A stretch of 59,143 nt of DNA, the filler included, from Rhizaria sp. SCN 62-66 (Eukaryota): NCBI GenBank assembly GCA_001724265.1. It is 2 parts of 2 records of this genome, joined end to end, with 100 filler letters (N's around TTAATTAATTAA, not from the genome) between each part and the next. Parts side by side here need not be neighbours in the genome. Positions count along the whole stretch, not along the records: positions 1 to 27,396 come from MEDY01000405.1; 1 more part is not named here. One strand, 5' to 3'. Positions 1-10,586 of this stretch are shown here, piece by piece. Both the position numbers and the translations under genes were made by a program. The notes under the pieces were generated by a model that was not told where the DNA came from, did no database searches, and worked only from the letters and a program-made list of their open reading frames with translations. How positions within the stretch are numbered: the first letter of the stretch is position 1; each line of letters opens with the position of its first letter.

Positions 1-1
1 G

Positions 2-2305
2 TCGGCGGAGCGCAGCAGTCGTGCCAGCGCGCGCGCGAGGGCCCGCGGCGTCCGCGGCGGCGGCGCGCGCGAGCCGCGCGGCGCCCGCAGCGGCTGCGGC
101 GAGCGCCAGCAGCGCGGGGACCGAGTCGGCGCCGCGCGGGGCGTCGCGGCGCAGCGCGGCGACTGTGAGCGGGGGCAGCAGCCCGAAGGCCAGCGTCGGC
201 AGCGCAGGCGCGGGGGCGGTGCGCGCGGGCAGCGGTGCGCGGGCGCGCGCGGGCGTCGCAGCGACGGTGATCAGGACGCTCTCGTCAACTGCGGCGGCGG
301 CGGCGGAAGTGGGCGTGCGCGCGGTCACGTCCAGCGAGCCGATCTCATCAGCGTCGTCCTCGTTTGCGTCGGCCTCTTCGTCATGCTCGTCAGCGTCGTC
401 GTCATCTTCGTCGTCTTCATCAACGGCCTCGATGTCGTCCTCGTCTTCGTCAGCGGTCTCAATTTCGGCCTCCACGTCATCTTCATTCTCATCGTTTTCG
501 TCGTCATCATCGTCGTCGCCTTCGATGGACACAGAAGCGTCTTCGTCTTCGTTGTCATCGTCGTCCTCATGGTCTTCATCTGCGTCCTCGTCGTCGTCTT
601 CCTCGTCGTCATCGTCGTCGGCGGCGGGCGTCATGTCCTTGCACCTTCTCGCGGGCTGCATCGCGCGGCCCCCAAACCCTGCCAGTCCGCCGTTGGCGAG
701 CACGTTCACTGCGCGGTCCCCGTAGCTGAGGCCAGCCGCAGCCGTCGCTGTCGCCGTCGCCGCGGGGAAGCGCGAGCCCGCGGCAGCAGCAGCAGCTGTC
801 GCGGTGGAGTTGGCGCCAGTCGCGGCGGGAGCGCGCTTCAAGGCGGTATCGGACGCCATGCTGTGAGGGCGGGACGAGCGAGCGTTTACACTGGCGCTGG
901 CGTTAGAATTGGCAGTTGCATTGTTGCTATAGCGTTGCGCGGTGTAGCGGTCCGCGTCGTAGGGCACGTCTAAGTATGCAACGTCTAAGTGTCCGTCGTC
1001 CGAGTCGCCCGACGACCTATCCAGACCGGCTGCGCGCGCATCCCGCCTGTCCGCGGCCATCGCGGCCGTAGCCGACGCCGTGGAGACGGCAGAGACTGCG
1101 GACGCCGGGCCCGCAGCAGTGGTGGAAGAGGAGGACGAGGGGCGGGAGGTCGCGCGTAGTACACGGCGCGGGGCGTGCGCGGCCACAGCGGCCACCGCGG
1201 CGGCCGCGGCAGCAGCGGCGGCGGCCGCAGACGCTGGCGAGGGCCCGTGCGCCGCGCCGCTCGCACTGCCGCCGCTGTTTCTGCTGCTGCCCGCAGTGCT
1301 GCGCGCGGGGGCCGCGTTGCCAGCGCTGTTTGCGCTGGTTGCGCTGCTGCTGTGCACGGGCGCATGCGCGCGGTTGGAGCCGGCAGCGCCAGGTGCGGCT
1401 GGAGCGGGCAACGGCGCGGGCGAGGGCGCGATCGTGAGCGCCGAGTCGGGCCGCGGCCCCGCGGGCGGCGTCGGCACGCGGCCGCGCCTGTCGCTGCCGC
1501 TGCCGCTCGTGCTGCCAGTCAGCGAGCCGCGGCGCACCTGCGATTGCACCTGGAGCTGAGTGTGTGGCTGCGCGGCTGCAGAGAAGAGCAGCGAGTCTCT
1601 GGGCTGCTGCTGGTGATGCTGCTGTTGCTGCAGCAGCTGCGAGGGCGTCGCGTGGGGCTGCTGCTGCCGCGGCACCACAGACTTGCCACCGCCTCCACTC
1701 GCGGACGCAGACGCAGACGCAGCAGCGGCGGACGACGCCGGGTGGGCATCGGTGTAGGCGCGGCTGTTGCGGTAGCGCTGTGCGTACGAATCCGCGCCCG
1801 CGCCCGCCACTGCGAGCCCCGCACCGGCGCCAGAGCCAGTGCCAGCGCCAGTGTTGACGTGTGCGTTTGTGGTGTGGTCGGTGGACTTACGGGCCTGTGC
1901 GCGCGCTGCAGCGGGGGCGCCAGCGCCAGCGCCACCGCGGGGCTGCTGTTGTTGTTGTTGCAGTGGCTGCGGCGCTGGGTGCAGCGCCGTGGTGCCAAGA
2001 GCGCTGCCGGCGACGCCGATGTCAGCGCCGAGCGGTGCGGCCACGGTAACGGCCGAGGCGGCGGGCGCGCGCGCGACGACGGGCGGCGCGCTCGGCAACG
2101 GCCGCGATGACACGGGCTTGCCGGCGCGCGCGCGCGGCTTCGTGGGGGACGCGCTGTGCGCGTCGGGGCTAGACGCGAGGCCGGGGCCCTGTGCGAGGCC
2201 GGGGCCAACGGCTGCGCCGACAATGCCCACGCCGACGCCGGCGACGGCAGCGGGGCCGGAGCTGGGACCGGCGCCGGGGGCGCCCGGGTGGCGGTTGGAG
2301 CTCAT
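2..2305 (-). CDS. Hypothetical low-complexity protein (Ala/Ser/Gln-rich, long Asp/Glu tract), 3' end outside the window
   Basis: Manual translation from ATG at 2305 (MSSNRHPGAPGAGPSS...) stays open to the window edge, about 768 codons. It is missing from the ORF track because no stop is reached. There is an acidic tract at ~345-620 (DDDDDEEDDDEDADED...). The plus-strand ORFs at 21, 1080 and 1839 are its antisense shadows, all in one register. Confidence 0.8.
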   Translation of the reverse strand, partial: MSSNRHPGAPGAGPSSGPAAVAGVGVGIVGAAVGPGLAQGPGLASSPDAHSASPTKPRARAGKPVSSRPLPSAPPVVARAPAASAVTVAAPLGADIGVAGSALGTTALHPAPQPLQQQQQQPRGGAGAGAPAAARAQARKSTDHTTNAHVNTGAGTGSGAGAGLAVAGAGADSYAQRYRNSRAYTDAHPASSAAAASASASASGGGGKSVVPRQQQPHATPSQLLQQQQHHQQQPRDSLLFSAAAQPHTQLQVQSQVRRGSLTGSTSGSGSDRRGRVPTPPAGPRPDSALTIAPSPAPLPAPAAPGAAGSNRAHAPVHSSSATSANSAGNAAPARSTAGSSRNSGGSASGAAHGPSPASAAAAAAAAAAAVAAVAAHAPRRVLRATSRPSSSSSTTAAGPASAVSAVSTASATAAMAADRRDARAAGLDRSSGDSDDGHLDVAYLDVPYDADRYTAQRYSNNATANSNASASVNARSSRPHSMASDTALKRAPAATGANSTATAAAAAAGSRFPAATATATAAAGLSYGDRAVNVLANGGLAGFGGRAMQPARRCKDMTPAADDDDDEEDDDEDADEDHEDDDDNEDEDASVSIEGDDDDDDENDENEDDVEAEIETADEDEDDIEAVDEDDEDDDDADEHDEEADANEDDADEIGSLDVTARTPTSAAAAAVDESVLITVAATPARARAPLPARTAPAPALPTLAFGLLPPLTVAALRRDAPRGADSVPALLALAAAAAGAARLARAAAADAAGPRARAGTTAALRR

Positions 2306-3115
2306 AGTGTCGCTCGACCGACCCGCGAGAAGGGCGGAGGCTTCCCGCTGGGGACGTGAGGGCTGCGAGCGAGGAGGTGTGTACTGTTGCGACAGAGAGG
2401 AGTTTGAGGGTTACTGCTAACTGGGAGGACGTACAAGAGATGATCAAAGAGGGAAGCGGGCATCACGAGGTGATAGGACAAACAATGGAGAGAGATGTGA
2501 GCGAGTGTGCAGATTGACTAGAATCAAATGTAGGTCGTAGAGGCCTGTTAAATCTGTTGGGCTCGAGGAGGGTAACGTTGCAATTTGATCCCGCGCATGG
2601 GTCTGGAGCATGCAGACACAATTACAAGAACTAGAAATTAAATAACCAAAATAAACGTATCATATAAACACGACTATAACTATACATAACGTTGTTTATG
2701 ATACACAAACGGCACACTTTGCCGACAAAATCCGAGAGTCGGTGGTCACAGTTGTCGTTCATGTGGTGGGCCGAAAAAAACTCATTCCAGTTGCACGGTC
2801 GCAGCTGACCAGCCGACCCCACTGATGATTGACTGCGCGAGACTGGCCGACATTTGCATAGCTGCCCTGCTTGGTGCCTTTTGTGAATAGGCATGCCGAT
2901 CACTGTCAGAATATTTTATGTGCTTATGAATCATTATTGAAATTTCTTTTGTTTCCCGAACAAGGCATACTGTCACATTTCGATCCTCAGAACCACATGT
3001 TATACCAGCTCGATCTGTTGCTCACACCCATGCCTGCTTTTTGATCCTCTCATTTTTCTTCGTGCTTATCGCCCCGTCACCCTTCTTGCACTGGTTCTTT
3101 GTCTGCACCCACAGC

Positions 3116-4039
3116 ATGCTTCGCAGCGGCTTGGCCCGTGTGGTCTCTAAGACGTCGCTGAAGGGCGCGCTCGCTGCCCTTCCCCCGGTGACCCAGGCCC
3201 AGCGTTATCGCCACCGCGGTGAGTTCCTCACCCCTGCCTCTGCCACCGCGCTCTCCGGCGTGCCCGCGAAGGAGTTCCCCGTCGAGGCCACCACCGTGCC
3301 CTTGGAGTTCGCCGGCTTCACTCTGTCGCCCGACCTCAAGGTGATGCACACGGTGCCGCACACGCCGAAGCAGAAGAAGATGTCCACGACGGCCAACGGC
3401 GACCCTCGCTTCTTCTTCACGATGTCTAACCACAACGACCCTTACGTGATCAAGGCCGAGGTCCGCGACTCGTGGTCCAACGAGTCGAACGAGTACAACC
3501 GCATGCGCGTGGGCCGCATCCCGTGCGTGATCAACTCGCCGAAGCGCAACAACGCGCCCATGAACATCTGGGTGGACCCGATCGAGATGCAGGTGCTCAG
3601 CGAGTACCGTAACATCAACAACGCCGTCTACCACGTCGAGGTTGAGGGCTACGCTGAGCGCTTCCGCTGCTTCGTGCGCGACTACACGCTCGACTCTGCG
3701 TCCGGCAAGGTGATCCACGTGTCGTTCATGATCGCCGAGTCTGGCGCCAAGTGCGAGGTGCGCATCCCCGTCATGATCGAAGGTGGTGCCGACGCCGTGG
3801 CCGTCAAGCGCGGCGCGCTGCTGCTGCAGCCGATCCGCCACCTCACCGTCGAGTACGACCACGCGATGGCGTGTAAGCTGGGCGTGGGTGCGCCGCCGCG
3901 GTCGGTGCACGTCAACGTCGTTGACTGCGCCATGGGCGACACGGTCCACACGCACGACATCGGCCTCCCGCCCTTCCTGCGCCTCGACGACCGCATGGAG
4001 TCGTACCGCCACGTCCTCTGCACCTTCAAGAAGCTCTGA
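3116..4039 (+). CDS. Mitochondrial-type ribosomal protein bL25 (L25/CTC family)
   Basis: L25 N-domain motif RMRVGRIPCVI...VRDY...VIHVSF and CTC C-domain motifs VRIPVMIEG...VKRGALL and PPRSVHVNV...GDTVHTHDI.LP. The basic/Ala N-terminus (MLRSGLARVVSK) resembles a targeting peptide. ATG follows a polypyrimidine tract and CAG. Confidence 0.85.
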   Translation: MLRSGLARVVSKTSLKGALAALPPVTQAQRYRHRGEFLTPASATALSGVPAKEFPVEATTVPLEFAGFTLSPDLKVMHTVPHTPKQKKMSTTANGDPRFFFTMSNHNDPYVIKAEVRDSWSNESNEYNRMRVGRIPCVINSPKRNNAPMNIWVDPIEMQVLSEYRNINNAVYHVEVEGYAERFRCFVRDYTLDSASGKVIHVSFMIAESGAKCEVRIPVMIEGGADAVAVKRGALLLQPIRHLTVEYDHAMACKLGVGAPPRSVHVNVVDCAMGDTVHTHDIGLPPFLRLDDRMESYRHVLCTFKKL

Positions 4040-4723
4040 GCGCCCTATGTATTGCTCTCGCTTTCGCTCTGCGGGCTGAACGCAGTCAACGCCTACGCAG
4101 ACTCGCTGCTTCGCAGCTCGAGCGGAAAACGTATTTGTCTCTCTTCTTCTCTCCTTATTTTGTCTGACATGATGCGGACGCTGGTTGGGCGCCGCAGATA
4201 ATGAGCACACCGGGCCATAATGGCCAGGCGGAGCTCTGGACGTGCGTGCTCGCGTGCGTTATGGGCTTTCGTGGGGGTATTTATCGGTGGGACGACACAC
4301 AGAACGGACTCGAAAGGGCGGATTACTGGCGCGTCGTCTTGAATACACAATATATCACAATTCAAAACAATACACGGTATCTTTATTACTATTGTCTCTG
4401 TAGTTGAAACGACAATCTCATTGTTTATCTGCATATATCGACCTTGGAATTTACTTTGGATATACGTGGCCAAGTCAACAGTCGTTACGCGCAAAAAATC
4501 GTGTAAGATGTTGCAGAATTTATCATGATCAACATCGTGAGGGATCCTGCCAGATTGTGTAAAGATACACCAGTATATTATGTATTCTTTCTCAATTTCT
4601 TATGCTTTGAATGTCGCATTATATTGTGCTTGTTCTATTGGCAACTCACAGACTCCCCAATATGCTCTTCCTGGTGTTTGCTCGTTTCTTGTTTCGCGCG
4701 TTGCTCCTCCCAGACTTTCACCA

Positions 4724-5167
4724 ATGTCTGCTCCTGCAAAAAAGCCGGTGCCACCTTCTGGCGCTTTGTCTGGGTCGACCGCGTCCGCGGCACCGCGTGC
4801 GCGCGCTCCGGCAGCGCCCGCTGCGGTGCCCGCGTCAGCGTCTGGAGGCATCTCCGCCGAGGAGACGCAGCGGCGCGCGGACCTGCTGCAGCAGTGTTTC
4901 GCCATCATGGACGCCAACGGGGACGGTATTCTCGACGCGCACGAGCTCGAGGCCGTGGCGCGCGCCTTCAACCCGACGCGCGCGGCTGCCGAGTGCTCGC
5001 AAGAGGTGGCGACAGTGCTGGCCAAGCTCGACTCGAACCTCGATGGAGTCGTCGACTGCGACGAGTGGACCGCCGCGCTGCTTAATATGTTCCAGTTCAT
5101 GACTTGGGACGCCTTTGCCAAGCACTGCCACGAGCTCAAGATGCTCGCGCCCGCGCTCCGCCGCTGA
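4724..5167 (+). CDS. EF-hand calcium-binding protein (2 EF-hands), 147 aa
   Basis: Loops DANGDGILDAHE and DSNLDGVVDCDE match the EF-hand pattern. GC-rich codon usage begins at the ATG at 4724. Confidence 0.85.
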   Translation: MSAPAKKPVPPSGALSGSTASAAPRARAPAAPAAVPASASGGISAEETQRRADLLQQCFAIMDANGDGILDAHELEAVARAFNPTRAAAECSQEVATVLAKLDSNLDGVVDCDEWTAALLNMFQFMTWDAFAKHCHELKMLAPALRR

Positions 5168-6015
5168 GCACGCCTAATCCACTTCTCAAATGTCAGAGTT
5201 GGTGAGTTATTGTTTCGCTCACCGACTGTATAAACTTTTCCCGGCGTTGATGAGGTGTTGCAGTAACGACTTGTCTGTCCCTATAATGTCATGCGTTTGG
5301 CAAGACAACAAGATCTCTTGCGTTTTTCATCACATCTGCCCTCAAACTATGTCAACTCGTCTTATTTTTCTCATGTACACGCTGTTTGCGACCAGTTTTC
5401 TCCAGATTCCGCGTTGCTTTTGTTTCTGTTATTCTCCTGTTTCTCATGTTATGTTCTTCCTAGTACTCTTGCGTTTGCTTATTATGCAGCGCAGCCTCTA
5501 TCTAGTCACACTAAATAGCTCATCGCCGCGCATCTATGCTCTGCTTTGCTTTGTCCTGCTGTAATCTTCAAGTTGCAATGATTGTTTGTTTTTGATTTCC
5601 CACTCAGCCCACGCTCCAATTATCCGTGCCACATTGTAGTGAGCCAAGATACTTCGTTGTGGTGCTATATTTCCCGGAGTGCGTCCGTCAAGCACGCTGA
5701 GATTGTCGTGTCGTGCGAATGCTCATATCTACAACGATACAAAATCATATTTCAAGAACATTGATACGACACTGGTGATTGAGATAGAAAAACTAAATTG
5801 GCGAAAAGTGTATTTTGGTGCTGTGTAATTTACATTGCAATTTACATTGAACGAATCAGTGTCGCGGCCGCGGCGGCACGCGTGCGTTACGAGTCATACT
5901 TATCTCACGCGCGCGCGCTGGACAAGCGCGACGATGCGGTCGACGACGGACAGAAAGTAGAAAAAATGACAAATCAAGAGTGCGTCGCAGAGTGATTGCG
6001 CTGAGAGCTTAGCGC

Positions 6016-6211
6016 TTAGCGGCGGCGGCCGGAGTCAACCTTGCCCCAGGTCGAGGCGTTGGCGCCGCGGCCGCCCTGCTGCTGCTGGCGCTGCTGCTGC
6101 TGCTGCTGCTGGCCGCGGCCGCCATTGTTGTTGTTGCCGCGCGCAGGCGAGCGGGAGCGGTCCTGCGAGGCGCCGCGCTGCTGCGCGCCCTGCTGCTGCT
6201 GGCCGCGGCCG

Positions 6212-6267
<56 letters not shown>

Positions 6268-8331
6268 AGTGCCCTTCTTGGTGACGGGCTGGGCAGAGTC
6301 GGCGGGGGCGCCGCGCTTGCGCTGGCCCTGCTGCTGCTGCTGGCCCTTAGCCTGCTGCTGGCCCTTAGCCTGCTGCTGGCCCTTAGCCTGCTGCTGGCCC
6401 TTAGCGGGCTGGCCCTTAGCGGGCTGGCCCTTAGCCTGCTGCTGCTGCTGCTGGGCGGGCGCGGGCTTCTGAGCCCACGAGGGCGAGACGGCGGCGCCGA
6501 AGTCGGGCACAGGGCGCAGCAGCGCGCCCGTGAGCGCGGACACCACGCCCGCGGCGTCAGCAGCCGCGGTCGCGGCGCGGCGCTGCTGGTTGAGGCCCGC
6601 GAGGATGACCTTGTTGGCGGCGGCCTCCTCCTCAGCGGCGGCCTTGGCGGCGGCAGCCTCCTCCTCGGCGGCAGCCTTGGCGGCGGCGGCGGCAGCCTCG
6701 GCCTCGGCGGCGGCGGCGGCCTTGGCGGCCTCCTCCTCGGCCGTCAGCGCGGTGACGGGCTGCCCTGCGGCGACCGGGTCCACCGTCTTGGCCGCGGCGG
6801 CCGGCTTCGCGGCGGCCGGCTTGCGGTGGTGCGGGCGGCGCGGCTGCAGCGCGCGCGCGACGAGGTTAGCGTCGGCAACGGCCTTGGCGGCGTTGGCGGC
6901 CGTCTCGCCCGCGGCCGTGCGCAGCTTGGTCAGGAGCGCGACGGACGCGGCGAGCGTGGCCGCGCGGTCGGCCTCGGAGCCCGCGGGGGGCTGGCCGGTC
7001 GGCACGGCGAGGCCCGTCGCGGTCTGCACAAGGTCCGGGATGTGGGAACCGAGCGCGTGCGCGATCAGCAGCAGCGGCTCCGCAGACGGCATGTCGATCG
7101 TCACCGAGAGCGGCTCGGCAGACGCGCGCGCAGGAGCCTTCTTGGCGGCAGCGGCAGGAGCAGTGGCAGCGGCGGTGGCGGGGGCAGCGGCGGCCTCGCC
7201 CTCAGCGGCGGCGGGCTCGGCGGCGGCCTCGGCGTCAGCCGCGGGGGCCTCGGCCTCAGCCTCGGCCTCGACGGGCGCGGGGTGCTCGGCGGTGTAGGCG
7301 GCCGATGCGGTGTTCAGGGGCGCCGCGGCGGCAGGCAGCGCCTGCAGCGCGGCCCACGCGGCGGGGAAGAGCGAGCGCGCGACCTTGAGCGGCGTGAAGG
7401 GCACCAGAGGCACCACGGCGCGCAGCGCGCGCTGGGCGCCCGCGGTGGGGAGCAACGGGACCGCCTTGGCGAAGACAAAGGCAAAGGGGGGCGCGAGGTC
7501 CACGCCCGCGGCGGCGAGCTGCGCCACCTCGGCGGGGGTCGAGCCGCGCGGCAGCACGAAGCGGCGCACGGAGAGCATGGCCGTGGCGAAGGCGTCAAAG
7601 GCGGCGCCCGCGGCGTCCTCATCCATCGCGGCGAGGTCGCGGTCCGCGGTGAGGCCGGCCTGGTGGAAGAGCACCTCGGCGAGGCCCGCGACGTTGCTGC
7701 GGCCGGCGAGGCGCACGAGCTGGTTAAAGAACCAGTCGGCGTCGCCCGCGGGCAGCGGCGCGGCCGAGAGCAGCAGACGGCGCACGCAGTCGGCGAGCGC
7801 GGCCTTCTTGGCGGCGTCCTTGGAGATGTCGTCCTTGTGGGCCTCGAAGACCTCAGTCTTGGTGAAGGCGACGGCCTTGTCGAACGTCGCGGCGTGCGCG
7901 GGCGAGACAAGCTGCGCGAACACGGCGTCCACGGCGGCCGCGAAGTCCTGCGCAAGTGTGAGCCCGAAGGCGCGCTTGAGCGTGCGCTCCTCCACCTCGG
8001 TCTCGGCCGACAGCAGCAGCTGCACGATAGCGTCGGTGACGCGGGTCAGGTTCTCGGGCTGCGGGTACGCCTGGGTCACCTGCGCGAGTCCGCGGACGGC
8101 GTTGACGCGCACGTCGGCATCCTCGTCCTCGCACAGGTCCAGCTGGCGGTCGATCGTGGCCGCGGAGAGCGCGGGGAACATGTGTGCGTACTTGGGCAGT
8201 GCGGTGCCGACGAAGCGCTTGACGTCGACCTCGCCGCTCTTGGCAGCCGCCAGCAGCGCCTCGAAGCCCGCGGCGTCGGCCGCGGCCTCGGCCAGCGGGA
8301 GCGTGTTGAACTTCTCCGCAATCGCGAGCAC
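6016..8331 (-). CDS. API5: Apoptosis inhibitor 5 homologue (main exon; first exon not securely located)
   Basis: VKRFVGTALPKYAHMFPALSAATIDRQLDLCEDEDADVRVNAVRGL matches the API5 N-terminal signature (QLDLCEDED..IR..AI). Coding character starts right after an acceptor-like site (...ataactcacag|GTG). The C-terminal tail is Q/G/R-rich. Confidence 0.85.
6214..6452 (-). repeat. Coding repeats in the API5 tail: (CAG)18 and 15-18-nt units encoding QPAKG/QQQAKG
   Basis: Pure CTG run at 6214-6267 and a repeated ctgctgctggcccttagc unit at ~6334-6450. Confidence 0.9.
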
Positions 8332-10041
8332 CTGTGAGTTATGGGGTGGTGGGCGCGAGACGACGGAGTTGTGTGAAACAGTGGTGTAGAGAGAGAGAGT
8401 GGATGTGGATGAGGGAGAGGCAGAGAGAAGCGAGCTAAGGCACTGGCGTAGAGAGCGCGTGAACGCGGCGCGCGCATACGCACACAACGCGCGATGACAA
8501 GAGAGATTTGGTGACACAACAGCCGATGGGCGCCTTTGGAGAGGCGGCGCCAGCAGTCGGTGAGTCAGTCAGTCAATCCCGTATCTCAAACTCGTATCAA
8601 TCGCGGGTGTGCGTGGCAGCGCGGACGGTTCAGTTGCAGCTTCTCAAGTCAATCCAATAATCCAGAAGAGACATCTGCGCGCCTGCAAGCCCGAGACTTC
8701 CGCGTTTCAAAGGTCCGCTCCGTTGTGCAAGCATCGAGCCAAGAAACAGGCGATGAAGGACGAGGAGGCGCGACATCAGAATGCGGGGAGCGACAGGCGC
8801 AAAGCACGACAAGACGGAAAGGCGGAGAGACAATTGCTGGTAGGAAAACCATATGCAAAGTGTACTCGCGTCTTCACGGTAACAGGGGACGAAGCTGAGT
8901 GTGTTGGCCTCTCACGGGGCAACGTGGAGGGCTGTGATGCTTGAGCGGGCGAGTGTGGTCAGAGGGAACAAAGGGGCTAGGTGGAAGCTATGGAGAACAG
9001 AGTAGGAGACCAAACAAGGGGAGGGCAAATGCACGCCTCGTTAAATCTGCTTACAACTAAGTGTCACTGAGAAAAACTTCCTGTATCATCACCTGAGCAC
9101 ATCAAATCACGAACGAAACACCACTCGCAAGGCCAACTATCTCATCTGTGCCATTAAAGCTGTTCAATGGCCGCACACTCGTGATAAACGAGCCATAGAA
9201 CTGCATAAAACAGTAATTCAGCAACGCAACCACATTGGATCCTCATGATCAAGAGCCAACATGCGTCTGAACGCCGAAGTAGACGCTTGGGGAAAGTGGC
9301 GCCGAAGTACGCACCCGATACCTTGTGCACCATTTACGAGGATTAGATTGGACGCTTAGAAGACAGCAAGATTTAGTGTGCATGATATTTTGCAAGCACT
9401 CAACGTACCTGGTTGTACAGCTCAGAAGCCATTTTCTAATTCAGAATCAGAGATCCGAAGAGATCAAACCACTTTTGTTCACCCTGCGAGCCGATGAAAC
9501 CCCTTCGCTCGCTTTCGTGGTGGAATTGAGGCGTGGACCGAAAAAACAAGCTTGGCTGCTCTTCTTGCGCCGAGGTCGAAGTGTCAGAGACCCGATCGGT
9601 CGCAAGCTCTCCTCGTCGGTGTGCATCGTCGCTCTTTATATATGTCGGATATGATCTGCATGTGTGAGCATTCTACTTGTTTACTTTTCTTTTTATCTGT
9701 TAATGTTACTCTTTGTGAGATATCTTTGGTGCTACGAGAACTAGCCACTGGCGCGTCATCACTCGTCGACTCGACGCCATTTATTCAATATCACTCACTT
9801 CCGAACATATTCTGATGCTGCAACGCCTTCCCCATAGACCACATTGATTGTTTGGGCAACAATCCGTGTGTTTTGATCTTCCCTTGAGTCCCTGTCCTGT
9901 GCGTGTGCGCCGTCTTCTCACGGCCCTCCACTGGTAGAGACTCCCAATCGTCGCTCGCCTCCTTTCTTTTTCCTCTCAGTTCCCCAGCAATCGTTGTCTA
10001 CTCCGACAATTACACCCATTTACCGTCCACGTTTTGCTCCG

Positions 10042-10545
10042 ATGCTGTACACGCCTGCTCCGAAGCGCAGTTTCCTCGACGGCGGCTCTGTGCACCGGCT
10101 GCTGATCATCGTCGGCGTCGCAGGCGCGCTCCTCGTTGCCGGGCTGCTCGCCGCCATGGTTTTCGTGTCTAACCCCTTCGCGGGCTCCTACAGCACGCTC
10201 GGCAGCCTTGTCCAGACCTCGGCCGGCGTGGTGACCGGCGACGCTGGTGCGGGCGCGGGCGCGGGCGGCGGCGCGGGACTGCAGGCGCTGCAGTCGCAGA
10301 ACGAGGAGCTGCGCCGTGAAGTCGGACGTCTCAACGCCAAGTTCAGCGACATCATGGCGCGCGTCGACCGCCTTAACGAGCAGCTCAAGGGCACGGCCTC
10401 CGCCGCCGATGCGCGCAAGCTCGCCGCCGCGACGGCCACGACCGCCTCGGCCATCGCCGCCGCCACCGCTGCGGCCACTGCGGCCGCCGCCAGCGGCATC
10501 GCTGCTTCCTCCGCCGCCGGCGCCGCGCTCAACGCTGCCATCATC

Positions 10546-10586
<41 letters not shown>

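Noticed and set aside
21..2420. Long plus-strand ORFs here, and the many other overlapping ORFs across the window (e.g. 6826-8337, 20437-22071, 57086-58372)
   Set aside because: They are antisense or alternate-frame shadows of GC-rich genes and have no independent motifs.
2547..2556. GTTAAATCTG shared with ~9040, both upstream of minus-strand genes
   Set aside because: Only two occurrences were noticed, which is insufficient to call a promoter motif.
5190..5995. Short ORFs between the EF-hand gene and API5
   Set aside because: This is AT/pyrimidine-rich UTR-like sequence without coding bias.
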